Of a stretch of DNA of 64,000 nucleotides, positions 52,280 to 61,500 are shown piece by piece. Every line of letters starts with the position of its first letter. The first letter of the stretch is position 1. Position numbers and translations under genes: made by a program. The DNA is taken from positions 1 through 64,000 of IMG/VR virus record IMGVR_UViG_3300031965_000004; one strand, given 5' to 3'. Source of the stretch: a virus. The notes below the pieces were generated by a model. The model was not told where the DNA came from, ran no database searches, and was given only the letters and a program-made list of their open reading frames with translations.

Positions 52280-53584
52280 ATGACGACACAAGCATCTGAA
52301 GACTGCTGCTCACTGTGCGGGCCGTTGGCGAGCATTCAGCCCACGGTCATGACGGAGCAGGGCGAGAAGCTGAACCCTCTGTTCGGCATGGTGAAGCAGT
52401 TCACGCTCACGTCGGAGACGGTGAGTCTGGCCGCTGGCGAACGAACCGATCTCAGCCTCGTCGTCGAGGCCGAAGAAAACGACCTGGGCGACCTCGTCGT
52501 CTCCGAGCTCATTGTGCAGGGCGTGCCCGCCACGGCTCGCTTTGCGATCCAAATCAAGTCGCGCCAGAACGACAAGATTTTCAGCAACGTGCTGATCCAA
52601 GACCGGTTCATTGCGACCAATGCGCAGCTCTGCGACCGGCTCCCGTGCTGCTTCTTCATTCGCGCGACGCAGTTCCTCCAGGTCACGGTCGAGAACCTCG
52701 AGGCCGTCTCCGCCACGTTCAAGCTGGGCGCGCGCGGGACCCGGTTTCTGCCCTACGGCGCCGAGCAATACCGGGCTCAGCTCCTGAGCTACTACAACCA
52801 GCAGCGCAAGACGCCGTTCTGGCTCGGGATTGATCGCGTCCAGGGGACGGCGGTCACGCTCGTGGCCGGCGGAGGCGTGTCCATCCCAGCGAACACGCTC
52901 GCGACCGTCTTCATGACCGTGCCCGGCGGCGGAGACTTCGTTGCGGAGGGGCGCCCGCTCGCGATCGTCGACGGCGGCCCAGCCGACGAGATCACCTGCC
53001 AGTTCAAGGAGGGCGCGTCGGGCCGAGCCCTGAGCAACGAGCGCCAACCCCTGGGGACGTTCGTCGCCAAGGTCAACTCGGCCGTGACCGGACTTCAGGG
53101 AGGGGAACTGCGCGCCGCGGCCCTGCGGGGCTGCAAGATCCGCCAGTTCTTCAAACGCAACACTCGCCTTCGCGTCGAGCTCGAGAACACGGCCGGTGGC
53201 GCCCGCACGGTCTTCCTGGCCTGGCCAGGCTGCATGCTCTACTACGACGAGTGCGGGGCGGGCGGCGGCATGGGCCAGGCACGTAGCCTCGAGCCGGTGA
53301 TCGGGCCGAACTTGATGCACGTCCCAGCCTGCCCACCCATGGTCGCGTTCGACCCGCAGGCGGGACCGCAGCCGGCAGGGCTGCCGCAAGGCGTCGCGCC
53401 GGGCCAGTTCCTCCCAGGCGGAGGGGCCACGACAGGTGACGGTCAGCGAACGACCATGCAGCAGTTCCTCCAGAGCCAACAGGGCCAATACGCCCGGAAG
53501 ACGTGGAACGCGGAGAATCTCCGCGCGCACGGCTACATGCAGGGCATGGGCGGGGGCGTCCAACTGCCTGACGGGGGTCGGTAG
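52280..53584 (+). CDS. Candidate capsid protein with two tandem homologous beta-sandwich domains
   Basis: Internal repeat: FSN..FFIRATQFLQVTVENL..TFKLGARG versus LSN..FFKRNTRLRVELENT..TVFLAWPG; C-terminal GMG. Confidence 0.6.
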   Translation: MTTQASEDCCSLCGPLASIQPTVMTEQGEKLNPLFGMVKQFTLTSETVSLAAGERTDLSLVVEAEENDLGDLVVSELIVQGVPATARFAIQIKSRQNDKIFSNVLIQDRFIATNAQLCDRLPCCFFIRATQFLQVTVENLEAVSATFKLGARGTRFLPYGAEQYRAQLLSYYNQQRKTPFWLGIDRVQGTAVTLVAGGGVSIPANTLATVFMTVPGGGDFVAEGRPLAIVDGGPADEITCQFKEGASGRALSNERQPLGTFVAKVNSAVTGLQGGELRAAALRGCKIRQFFKRNTRLRVELENTAGGARTVFLAWPGCMLYYDECGAGGGMGQARSLEPVIGPNLMHVPACPPMVAFDPQAGPQPAGLPQGVAPGQFLPGGGATTGDGQRTTMQQFLQSQQGQYARKTWNAENLRAHGYMQGMGGGVQLPDGGR

Positions 53585-53592
53585 GGAACCTC

Positions 53593-54303
53593 GTGCCGGC
53601 CCCGTTCTACAACCCCAAGCTCCCCCAGGGCTTCACCGGTCCTCCCGCTGGGTATCACCCCATGCCGGTCCCGTTCCACTTGCCGGGCGGACCCTACCCA
53701 GCACCTCAGGGGCAGGACGAGGACTGCGAACTCCCGACCTCCAACCTGGCGCCCCACTTCCACGCGCCGCTCAACTCGAGCACGATCAACTTCAAGATCC
53801 GCGCCGTCATCAACGTGAACGTGGCGGACGACGCGGCGGCCAACGCGGCGGGGATCGCGCTCGCGGCGGCGGAGAACGCGATCAACCCGGCCGGGGCCGA
53901 GCTGCTCACCGCCGCGGCCGGCGCCGCTGGCGTCCCGATCCCGATCCCGTCGGCGAACTACCGGACCCCGTCTGGGTTCACGACGATCGTCAACCGCTGG
54001 GGGGTCCGGGCGATCAACGCCGACGACTCGGCTGTGGTCGTGCGCCACAACGTCGACAAGGGGCCCAACGCCGGTTCGTTCTCGCCGATCCCAGGCTTGG
54101 GAGGGACGGGCGCCGACCTTCAGGAGCCGACGCTGCTCGTGATCCCAGACAACGGCTCGCTCAACTTCTCGATCGGCAACCGAGACGCGGCAGCTCCGCT
54201 CTTGGTCGAGATCGCTTGGAGCGGGTGGCGAATCCCGGCCTCCTTCAAGGGCACGCTTCGCAGCCTGACCCGCGACGGCAATCTCGGATACGGGTGCGCG
54301 TAG
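53593..54303 (+). CDS. Beta-rich putative structural (penton/minor capsid-like) protein
   Basis: LLVIPDNGSLNFSIGN..VEIAWSGW resembles the end of the domains in 52280. Confidence 0.55.
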   Translation: MPAPFYNPKLPQGFTGPPAGYHPMPVPFHLPGGPYPAPQGQDEDCELPTSNLAPHFHAPLNSSTINFKIRAVINVNVADDAAANAAGIALAAAENAINPAGAELLTAAAGAAGVPIPIPSANYRTPSGFTTIVNRWGVRAINADDSAVVVRHNVDKGPNAGSFSPIPGLGGTGADLQEPTLLVIPDNGSLNFSIGNRDAAAPLLVEIAWSGWRIPASFKGTLRSLTRDGNLGYGCA

Positions 54304-54626
54304 TGGGGATCCAGGCCAAATACCTACCGCCTGTCGCGGGTCTCGCCGCTGCCGCCGTTGTCACGGGGAAGTTCTCCGCCAACACGGCCGATCGCGTGCG
54401 AGGCGCCTTCGTGACGGACGCCGCGGGGACGTTGGTCCTTCGCTGGCATTCCGAGACGGGCGTCCTGCTCCTCGAATACACGGTCCCCGTGGACGTGGCA
54501 CAGACACACGCGCTCGTCTATCACTTCGACGTGATCCGCCAGGGCTACTACTTCACCTACGAATTCACCCAGGGGGGGGCTCCCTCCACTTTCCTCCAGG
54601 CGGAAGTCGCCGCCCTAACTGATTGA
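54303..54626 (+). CDS. Small beta-rich structural protein
   Basis: Coupled start; lies in the structural operon. Confidence 0.6.
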   Translation: MGIQAKYLPPVAGLAAAAVVTGKFSANTADRVRGAFVTDAAGTLVLRWHSETGVLLLEYTVPVDVAQTHALVYHFDVIRQGYYFTYEFTQGGAPSTFLQAEVAALTD

Positions 54627-54644
54627 CGCCTAAGGAGAAACACC

Positions 54645-55019
54645 ATGGCAAACACGCTGACCCTCATTGAGGCAACTCCCAACTCACTCTGCTACCGCAT
54701 GGTCGAGGCCGCGACCGCGGCTGCGGTCCTGACGACCGACGTCGCCGGCGACCTCGTCGCAGGCCCGCTGCAAGACCTCCTGACGGCGAGCTACGCCAGC
54801 CAGGCCCTCGCCAGAACGGCCTGGGAAGCGGCGGTCGACGTCTCGGTCCAAGCTCGGATCAACACGCCGGCCGGCGGGACCGGGGGCGTGACGCCCACGA
54901 TCGACCAGAACGTGGCGGCGACCGCGTTCCGCCTCGAGACCAACAGTGCGAAGGCCGCCAACGGGGACGTCGCGACGTTCGTGCTGCGGTTCTCGTTCCG
55001 CCACTCGATCGTCGACTAG
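54645..55019 (+). CDS. Putative structural protein
   Basis: AAGGAG SD; ends F.FRHSI like 56575. Confidence 0.7.
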   Translation: MANTLTLIEATPNSLCYRMVEAATAAAVLTTDVAGDLVAGPLQDLLTASYASQALARTAWEAAVDVSVQARINTPAGGTGGVTPTIDQNVAATAFRLETNSAKAANGDVATFVLRFSFRHSIVD

Positions 55020-55099
55020 GCCCAACACGTCCACCTTAGGACGGCGGAGGGGGTGGGCCGGGTGACCAGCCCACCCCCTTTGCTTTAGGAGAGATCACA

Positions 55100-55651
55100 A
55101 TGGCAATGTTTCTTGTTCCAGCAGGAGCTCCGGGGGCAGACGGTGCGGACGGCGCGGATGGCGCAGACGGTGCGGATGGCGCAGACGGCGCGGCCGGCGC
55201 GAACGGGCAGGCCTTTCTCGCTGGCGCTGTTGTGGCGTTGCCCAACGGGTCCCCCACTGTGGCGTCACCTGGGGCAGTGCTCACGCTCTCGTCGGTGGTC
55301 AACGACCCAAACGGCATGAGCGACGGAACCGGTCTCGTGATCCCCGAGACCGGCGTCTGGGAGATTCAGGGCTTCGTTCTCTACGCGGCTGCAAACGACG
55401 CCCTCGGACGTCATTGTGAGGTGCTTGTCGACGGAGTCGTCTTGAAGCAAGACTGGCGAACCGCCCCGACTGTGGTGAGCGGCACAAAGGCCACAAGCCC
55501 GCACGTCACCGTTCAGGCCCTACTGACGGTGGGGGCCGTGGTCACGCTCCGGGCGTTCCACGACGTCTCCGTCTCGGCAACGATCACGGGCACGGGCGGC
55601 ACGGCGGACCCTTACCAGGGGACGCACCTCTCAGCTATGCGCGTCGCTTAG
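55100..55651 (+). CDS. Collagen-like (GAD)n repeat plus C1q/TNF-like head, putative spike
   Basis: GAPGADGADGAD...; IPETGVWEIQG. Confidence 0.7.
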   Translation: MAMFLVPAGAPGADGADGADGADGADGADGAAGANGQAFLAGAVVALPNGSPTVASPGAVLTLSSVVNDPNGMSDGTGLVIPETGVWEIQGFVLYAAANDALGRHCEVLVDGVVLKQDWRTAPTVVSGTKATSPHVTVQALLTVGAVVTLRAFHDVSVSATITGTGGTADPYQGTHLSAMRVA

Positions 55652-55674
55652 ACTCAAGGGGCTGGGAGCCCGCC

Positions 55675-55860
55675 ATGAACCTGACTTGCTCGCCCTGTGA
55701 CCGCCCTATGACGTTGATCTACCAGGCGAAGGACGCTCGAGGCGTGGACACGTTCACGTTTCACTGCGAGGGGTGTTCGGGTCGGGTCGGCGTCCAGAAC
55801 GCCAAGGCGAAGCCTCCTCGCCCCAAGCCGCTCCCCGTGCCGTTTGTGCGCGTGAGGTGA
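55675..55860 (+). CDS. Small Zn-ribbon protein
   Basis: CSPC..CEGC. Confidence 0.6.
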   Translation: MNLTCSPCDRPMTLIYQAKDARGVDTFTFHCEGCSGRVGVQNAKAKPPRPKPLPVPFVRVR

Positions 55861-56621
55861 AGTCGGCCGTCCTCTACTTGCGCGTCTCGACGCAGCTCCA
55901 AGAGCGCGAGGGCGCCTCGCTCGACGCCCAGGAGGACGCTTGCCGGCGCTACGCCGCGAGCCGAGGGCTCGCCGTGGCCGGGGTGATCCGAGAGCAGGTC
56001 TCGGGGCGCAAAGAGACGCTCGCGCGCCCCGGGCTGCTCGAGGCGATCGACTACCTCGAGCGGGGGGAGGCGACCCACTTCGTCGTGTGGAGCCTCGATC
56101 GCTTCGCCCGCAACGTCCATAGCGCGACCGACTTGATTCACCGCTACTTCGGCGAGGGGCGCGACTACGACTTGCTCGTGGCCACGGAGGAGATCGACAC
56201 CCGCACGGCCGGTGGCCGGATGCAACTCCACATTCGCCTGGCAATCGCCCAATACGAGGCGGAGTTGACGAGTGAGCGCATTCGGGCCACGAAGCGGTTT
56301 CTGCGCGCGTCCGGGTGCTACCAGGGGGGCAAGGTCCCCTACGGGTATCGCGTCGGGAAGGGCACGCGGAACGGTTCCCGCCGGCTGGTGTCGCACCGCC
56401 GGGAACAGGCGATTCTGCGCCTTGCGTGCAAGCTCCGCCAGTCGGGTCTGTCCTTGCGCCAGTCGGCAGCCCTAATGGAAACTAAGGGGGTGACGAATCG
56501 CAAAGGGCGACGGTTCGACTCTCGCCAGATCAAGCGAATGGTCGACGCCGCCCACCTCGAGAAGGACTCCCTGGATGGCCATTCCCGACGCCACGCTGAA
56601 GCCGACCGGAGCACGGCCTGA
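55857..56621 (+). CDS. Serine recombinase (resolvase/invertase catalytic domain plus recombinase-type DNA-binding tail)
   Basis: YLRVST, SG..RPGL, SLDRFAR, GGKVPYGY. Confidence 0.92.
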   Translation: MKSAVLYLRVSTQLQEREGASLDAQEDACRRYAASRGLAVAGVIREQVSGRKETLARPGLLEAIDYLERGEATHFVVWSLDRFARNVHSATDLIHRYFGEGRDYDLLVATEEIDTRTAGGRMQLHIRLAIAQYEAELTSERIRATKRFLRASGCYQGGKVPYGYRVGKGTRNGSRRLVSHRREQAILRLACKLRQSGLSLRQSAALMETKGVTNRKGRRFDSRQIKRMVDAAHLEKDSLDGHSRRHAEADRSTA

Positions 56622-56928
56622 GGGAGTGTTGCTTCACGTCGCCGAGGCGATCGGTTCCCCGGTCAACGGCCTGAACGTGGTCGGGATCCCGTTTGTCGAC
56701 GTCGGGGTCTCGCCGGTCGCCTTCGACGAAGCCTACCTGGAGGTCCGCGGGCGCCCGCTGCAAGTCAACAGCTCCGTCACCTTCATGACCGAGGGCATTC
56801 ACCCGACGCCGCTCGAGGTGGGGGGCGCGCTCGCGGCTGACAAGCGCTCGATCGCCCTCAACTTCACGCAGGCCGGCGCCGATCAGGTGATCCTGCAAGT
56901 GTTCTTGCGCCACTCGGAGATCCAGTAA
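56575..56928 (+). CDS. Putative structural protein
   Basis: Beta-rich; ends FLRHSEIQ. Confidence 0.65.
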   Translation: MAIPDATLKPTGARPEGVLLHVAEAIGSPVNGLNVVGIPFVDVGVSPVAFDEAYLEVRGRPLQVNSSVTFMTEGIHPTPLEVGGALAADKRSIALNFTQAGADQVILQVFLRHSEIQ

Positions 56929-57596
56929 TGGCCAAGCGCATGCTCGTGCATTGGGGCGGAGGAAGCGGGGACAGCCCCTTCGAGGCAGCGTTGACGCTTC
57001 TCACCGCGACCCCCATAGAGATCGGGGCGGACCTCGCGAGTCCGACCTTCAACGCGGCCTACGCTGGAGGCGTGGAGACGTTCGCGGAGCTGTCGGACGA
57101 CGACGGCAACCCCGTTCAAGACGTGCTCGGCTCAGCTAACCCGATCACCCGGGCGTTCACCTACAACAAGACGGTGGTCGGAGACACGGTCACCTTCACG
57201 TTGACGGCCAACGACGGCGGCCCGAACGTCACGGACGCGGAGGTGGCGACGTGGCTTCCCCGGCTCTACTACGGGGTGGACGCAAACGCGGCGCTGGCGA
57301 CCGAGGCAGACATTGAGGCGCTTGCCAACAGTCTCCTCGGCGCGGACAAGGCGCTGAGCACGACTCTGGCTCCGGTCGCGGAATACATCTACTACGCCTT
57401 CCCGGTGTCGTTCGCAGCAGCCGCGCTGGACTTCCAGTTCGGGGCCTTCCCGGGCGGGTTCACGCAGGTCGTCGCGTCGGTGCCAGTCACAGCAAACACG
57501 GCTGGCGCTCCGACGCTGAACTACCAGATTTGGCGCAGCACGTTCGCGCAGGACACGACGGTCACGGGGCCGCTGGCCTTCAACGTGGCGGCGTAG
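56928..57596 (+). CDS. Putative structural protein
   Basis: Beta-rich; YYG..YIYYAFP. Confidence 0.7.
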   Translation: MAKRMLVHWGGGSGDSPFEAALTLLTATPIEIGADLASPTFNAAYAGGVETFAELSDDDGNPVQDVLGSANPITRAFTYNKTVVGDTVTFTLTANDGGPNVTDAEVATWLPRLYYGVDANAALATEADIEALANSLLGADKALSTTLAPVAEYIYYAFPVSFAAAALDFQFGAFPGGFTQVVASVPVTANTAGAPTLNYQIWRSTFAQDTTVTGPLAFNVAA

Positions 57597-57606
57597 GGGA
57601 GACGGC

Positions 57607-58278
57607 ATGGCTTCAGTCGATCCAGGCCCAGGGTTCCAGGCGGGCGACACCGCGATTCCGTCCACGCTCGGCTCGACCGGCGTCGGGGCGCCCGTCGTCC
57701 GCGCGTCCGACTTGCTCGGCAGTCACCGGACCGTGGACGCGATCGTCGACCGCGACGCGATCCCTGCCACGTTCCGTGACGAAGGCATGACGGTTTGGAT
57801 CACGACGACGCTCGAGCTCTACCGCCTCGTGGGCGGGCTCCTCAACGCCAACTGGATCCTCGAGGGATCGGTCGCGTCGGGTGTCATTCTCGTGCGCGAC
57901 TACGTGGCGGGCGTCGTCGTCCGCGACGTGGTCTACAAGAACGGGGTCGCGAACGAGGTCGACCGCGCGGACGCGAGCGCGCCCGCGACCGGCGACCCGG
58001 AGGGCGTCGTGCGGGCCCTCGACTCCCCCATAGTCGGCCAATGCCTCGTGGCGACGGAGGGCATTGACGTGCCGGGCTTCGCTGGGTTGGTGATCGGCGA
58101 AGACTACATTCTCTCCACCACGCCTGGCGGGATTGTCGGCGTGACCGACACGGGCAACGGTGCCTACCCGGCCTACCTCACCCCGGGCAGCGGCGAGGTT
58201 CTGGCTCCGGTCGGCAAGGCAGCCGACGCGACCATTCTGCGAGCCAATGCGACGCGCGGAATCCAGTTGGTCGGCTAG
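57607..58278 (+). CDS. Putative fibre-associated structural protein
   Basis: RDAIPATFRDEGMTVWI..LYRL...W motif of the kind seen in phage fibres. Confidence 0.65.
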   Translation: MASVDPGPGFQAGDTAIPSTLGSTGVGAPVVRASDLLGSHRTVDAIVDRDAIPATFRDEGMTVWITTTLELYRLVGGLLNANWILEGSVASGVILVRDYVAGVVVRDVVYKNGVANEVDRADASAPATGDPEGVVRALDSPIVGQCLVATEGIDVPGFAGLVIGEDYILSTTPGGIVGVTDTGNGAYPAYLTPGSGEVLAPVGKAADATILRANATRGIQLVG

Positions 58279-58559
58279 TGAGCTTCGACGCTGGCGCTCG
58301 AGTCGAGGTGAGGGCGAAGCAGGCCCTTGCGTGGCGGGCGGGGGTCGTCCGCCACGTTCCCGGTGACGCGCACGTTGACTGCGCGCTTGGCTGCTACGCC
58401 GTCGAGCTCGACGTGCCCGTCACCGCCAACGACTGGACGGGCACGGCGCGGCGCTACGGGGGCGAGGCTTTGGTCGGCGGCCCCGGCAACCTCGTCTTCG
58501 TCAACCAGGTCTCAATCAAGCTGTTCCCAGGCGAACTCATAAGAAGTGAAGGCGGCTAG
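58278..58559 (+). CDS. Hypothetical protein
   Basis: Coupled within the operon. Confidence 0.6.
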   Translation: MSFDAGARVEVRAKQALAWRAGVVRHVPGDAHVDCALGCYAVELDVPVTANDWTGTARRYGGEALVGGPGNLVFVNQVSIKLFPGELIRSEGG

Positions 58560-58561
58560 CC

Positions 58562-61500
58562 ATGGCTCAGCGCTCAATTACCCTCCCGCGAGTGGGCGGG
58601 CTCGGAGCTGTGAACCTCGTCGAGGGCACCGACCAAGTTCTCTTGCCGCAGATCGAGGGCACGACGGCGGCGCGGTCGCTCTGGGCGGACGCCGCGGCCA
58701 CGAGCGCCTTGCTGGCGAGCGGCACCAACGTGGCCACGGTCACGTTGGGCGCAGCCGGGAGCACGGTCACGATCCCAGGCAGCCTGACGGTCTCGGGCAC
58801 AGCGACCGCGATCAGCACGGCGAACTTGACCGTGGCAGACACGGTGATTCTGGGAGCGTCAGGAGCCGCGACCGGAAACGAGGCCGGTATGGCCTTCGAG
58901 CGCGGGAGCACGGGCGACGACGCGATCCTGCTCTGGAACGAGGCGAACACCCGCTTCGAGCTCGGGTTCTTCAACACGGTCGGTGGAACGACCACGCCAA
59001 CGGGGGCCCTCGCCGCACTGTCCGACCTCCGGGCCAAGGACCTGACGCTCGCGGGAACGATCACGGCAGACGGGGAACTGACAATCCGGAGCGGAGGGAC
59101 TGGCGCCCTGCAAATGGTCGGGGCGAATGGCACGACCCCAGGCCAAATGCTTGTCCAAGCGGGGGGAAACACGGGAACGGGCGCGGGAGCCATTACTTAT
59201 GTGTTCGGAGGCTCCTCCACAAGCGGATCCGGCCGAGGCGGAGACGCATTCTTCATTGGCGGAATCGCCGCCAGCGCAACAGGCGACGGCGGGGACGCAG
59301 CCGTAGACGGGGGCACCTCGGTCGGCGGGACGGCCGGGTCCGTCCTGCTCGGAACGCAGGCTGGATACACAAGCGCGGTTGTGATTGGCCAGTCAGGGAT
59401 CACGACCGACTTCCCGGCCGGGTCCACGGTTGACTTCACCGGGGCGACTGTCACTGGCCTGCCGGCGACTGACCTCAGCTCCGTGCTCGCGACCGGCAAC
59501 AACTCGGGCGGCACAAGCATCGTCCTGTCAACACCAAGTGAGATTCAGTCAACGTCCGGCACGTCGGGCGACCCGATCTCGATTCAGGCTGGAAGCGCGT
59601 CGAGTGGAACCGGCGGAACGGTATCTATCGTCGGAGGACCCTCGTCTGGGGGCAACACCGGGCCGTCCGCGTCGATCGAGGCAGGAAGAGGAGGGGTGAC
59701 GGGAGTCGGAGGTCCCTTCTTCGCGTTTGGCGGGCGCGGCGGAAGCACGAGTGGCGCAGCGGGGGAAGCGACGGTCCGAGGCGGCTTGCCGAACGACGGA
59801 AACGGCGGAGACGCCACGCTTGCCGGGTCGGCAGGGGCCACGGCAACTGCCACGGCAAGGGACGGCGGAAACGCCAACGTGGTCGGGGGGGGGGCAGTTT
59901 CCGGTGGAGTTCCCGGCCGCGTCCTCTTCACGTCGGGCACGACGAGCTATCCGCTCACGGCGGCAGGTGTAGGCCCCGCTCTGACGACGACGGCCCAGAC
60001 GATCATTGAGGCGATCAATGAGGTCGCGGCTGCTTCGCCGACTCTCAGCTCCGTGCTCGCGACCGGCAACACGACCGGTGCGAATGACGTGGTGGTGTCC
60101 TCAGGGCAGGTCCTTCGAGGCGTGGACGCGGCGACTGGGACGGCGCTCACGCTGCGCTCCGGCAACTCCTCAGGAGTAGGAGTTTCAGGCCCAACAACCA
60201 CGATTCAAGGAGGGAGCCCCGGAAGTTCATTGGGGGCCTGGACTGTCCGAGCAGCTTCGGAGGCAAACCCATGGCAGTCCGTGACTTGGTCGCCTGAGTT
60301 GGGCTTGTTCGCCGCTGTGTCAAGCACCGGCACGAATCGAGTCATGACTTCGCCGGACGGGATCAACTGGACGGCTCGGGCCGCCTCTGAAGCAAACTTC
60401 TGGAATGGGATCGCTTGGTCACCTGAATTGGGTCTATTCGCCGCTGTGGCTCAGGACGGCACGAATCGAGTCATGACTTCGCCGGACGGGATCAACTGGA
60501 CGGCTCGGGCCGCCTCGGCGGCAAACGTGTGGCACGAGGTCACCTGGGCGGCTGAATTGGGCTTGTTCGTCGCTGTGGCTTGCACCGGCACGAATCGAGT
60601 CATGACTTCGCCGGACGGAATCAACTGGACTGGACGCTTGTCTGGCAATGACGGTTTTTGCTGGCAGGACGTGACGTGGTCGCCGCAGTTGGGGTTGCTC
60701 GTCGGCGTGTCAAGCGACAACTTGGCCATGACCTCACCGGACGGAATCACCTGGACGTCCCGCACTGTCCCCGGAGGGGTTGGGGTCTTGGCTTGGCAAG
60801 GGGTCACTTGGTCGCCCGAACTAGGTTTGTTCGTCGCTGTGGGCTCCGACGGCGCGAACCGGGTCGCGACCTCGCCAGACGGAATCAACTGGACGCTTCG
60901 GAACGCTTCGGGAGCAAATCTCTGGGACGAGGTCAGGTGGGCGCCTGAGTTGGGCTTGTTCGTCGCTGTGGCCCAGAACGGCACCAATCCGGTCATGACT
61001 TCGCCGGACGGAATCAACTGGAGCGCCGTGGCGGCGACGTTCCCTCAGTGGAGGTCTGTCGTTTGGGCGCCACAACTTGGCCTACTTGTATCTGTGGCTA
61101 TAACTGGATCAGGCGCAAACCGAGTCATGACGTCGCAAGCCACCTTCGGCGACGGCGGGGCAGTCGTAATCACGGCGCCAGCGGGTGACAGCGGCGGCGA
61201 CGTCACGATCACGGCCGGCGCGGCAATCGGAGGCACTCAGGGCCGCGTCCTCTTCACGTCCGGCACGACCTCTTACCCGCTCACGGCGGCCGGTGTTGGG
61301 CCGCCGCTGACGACGACGGCCCAGACGATCATTGAGGCGATCAATGAGGTCGACGCGGCGCTAGCGGGGGTCACAGAGGACGGCGGGACCCCGAATATCG
61401 TCACGATCACGGACGCGCTGGTAGTGGGGGCGCCCGCAAGCACTGTTGCGACCGGCGCAAGCGACATTGTCGCGGGACTCGCGGGAGGCTACTTCCTCCA

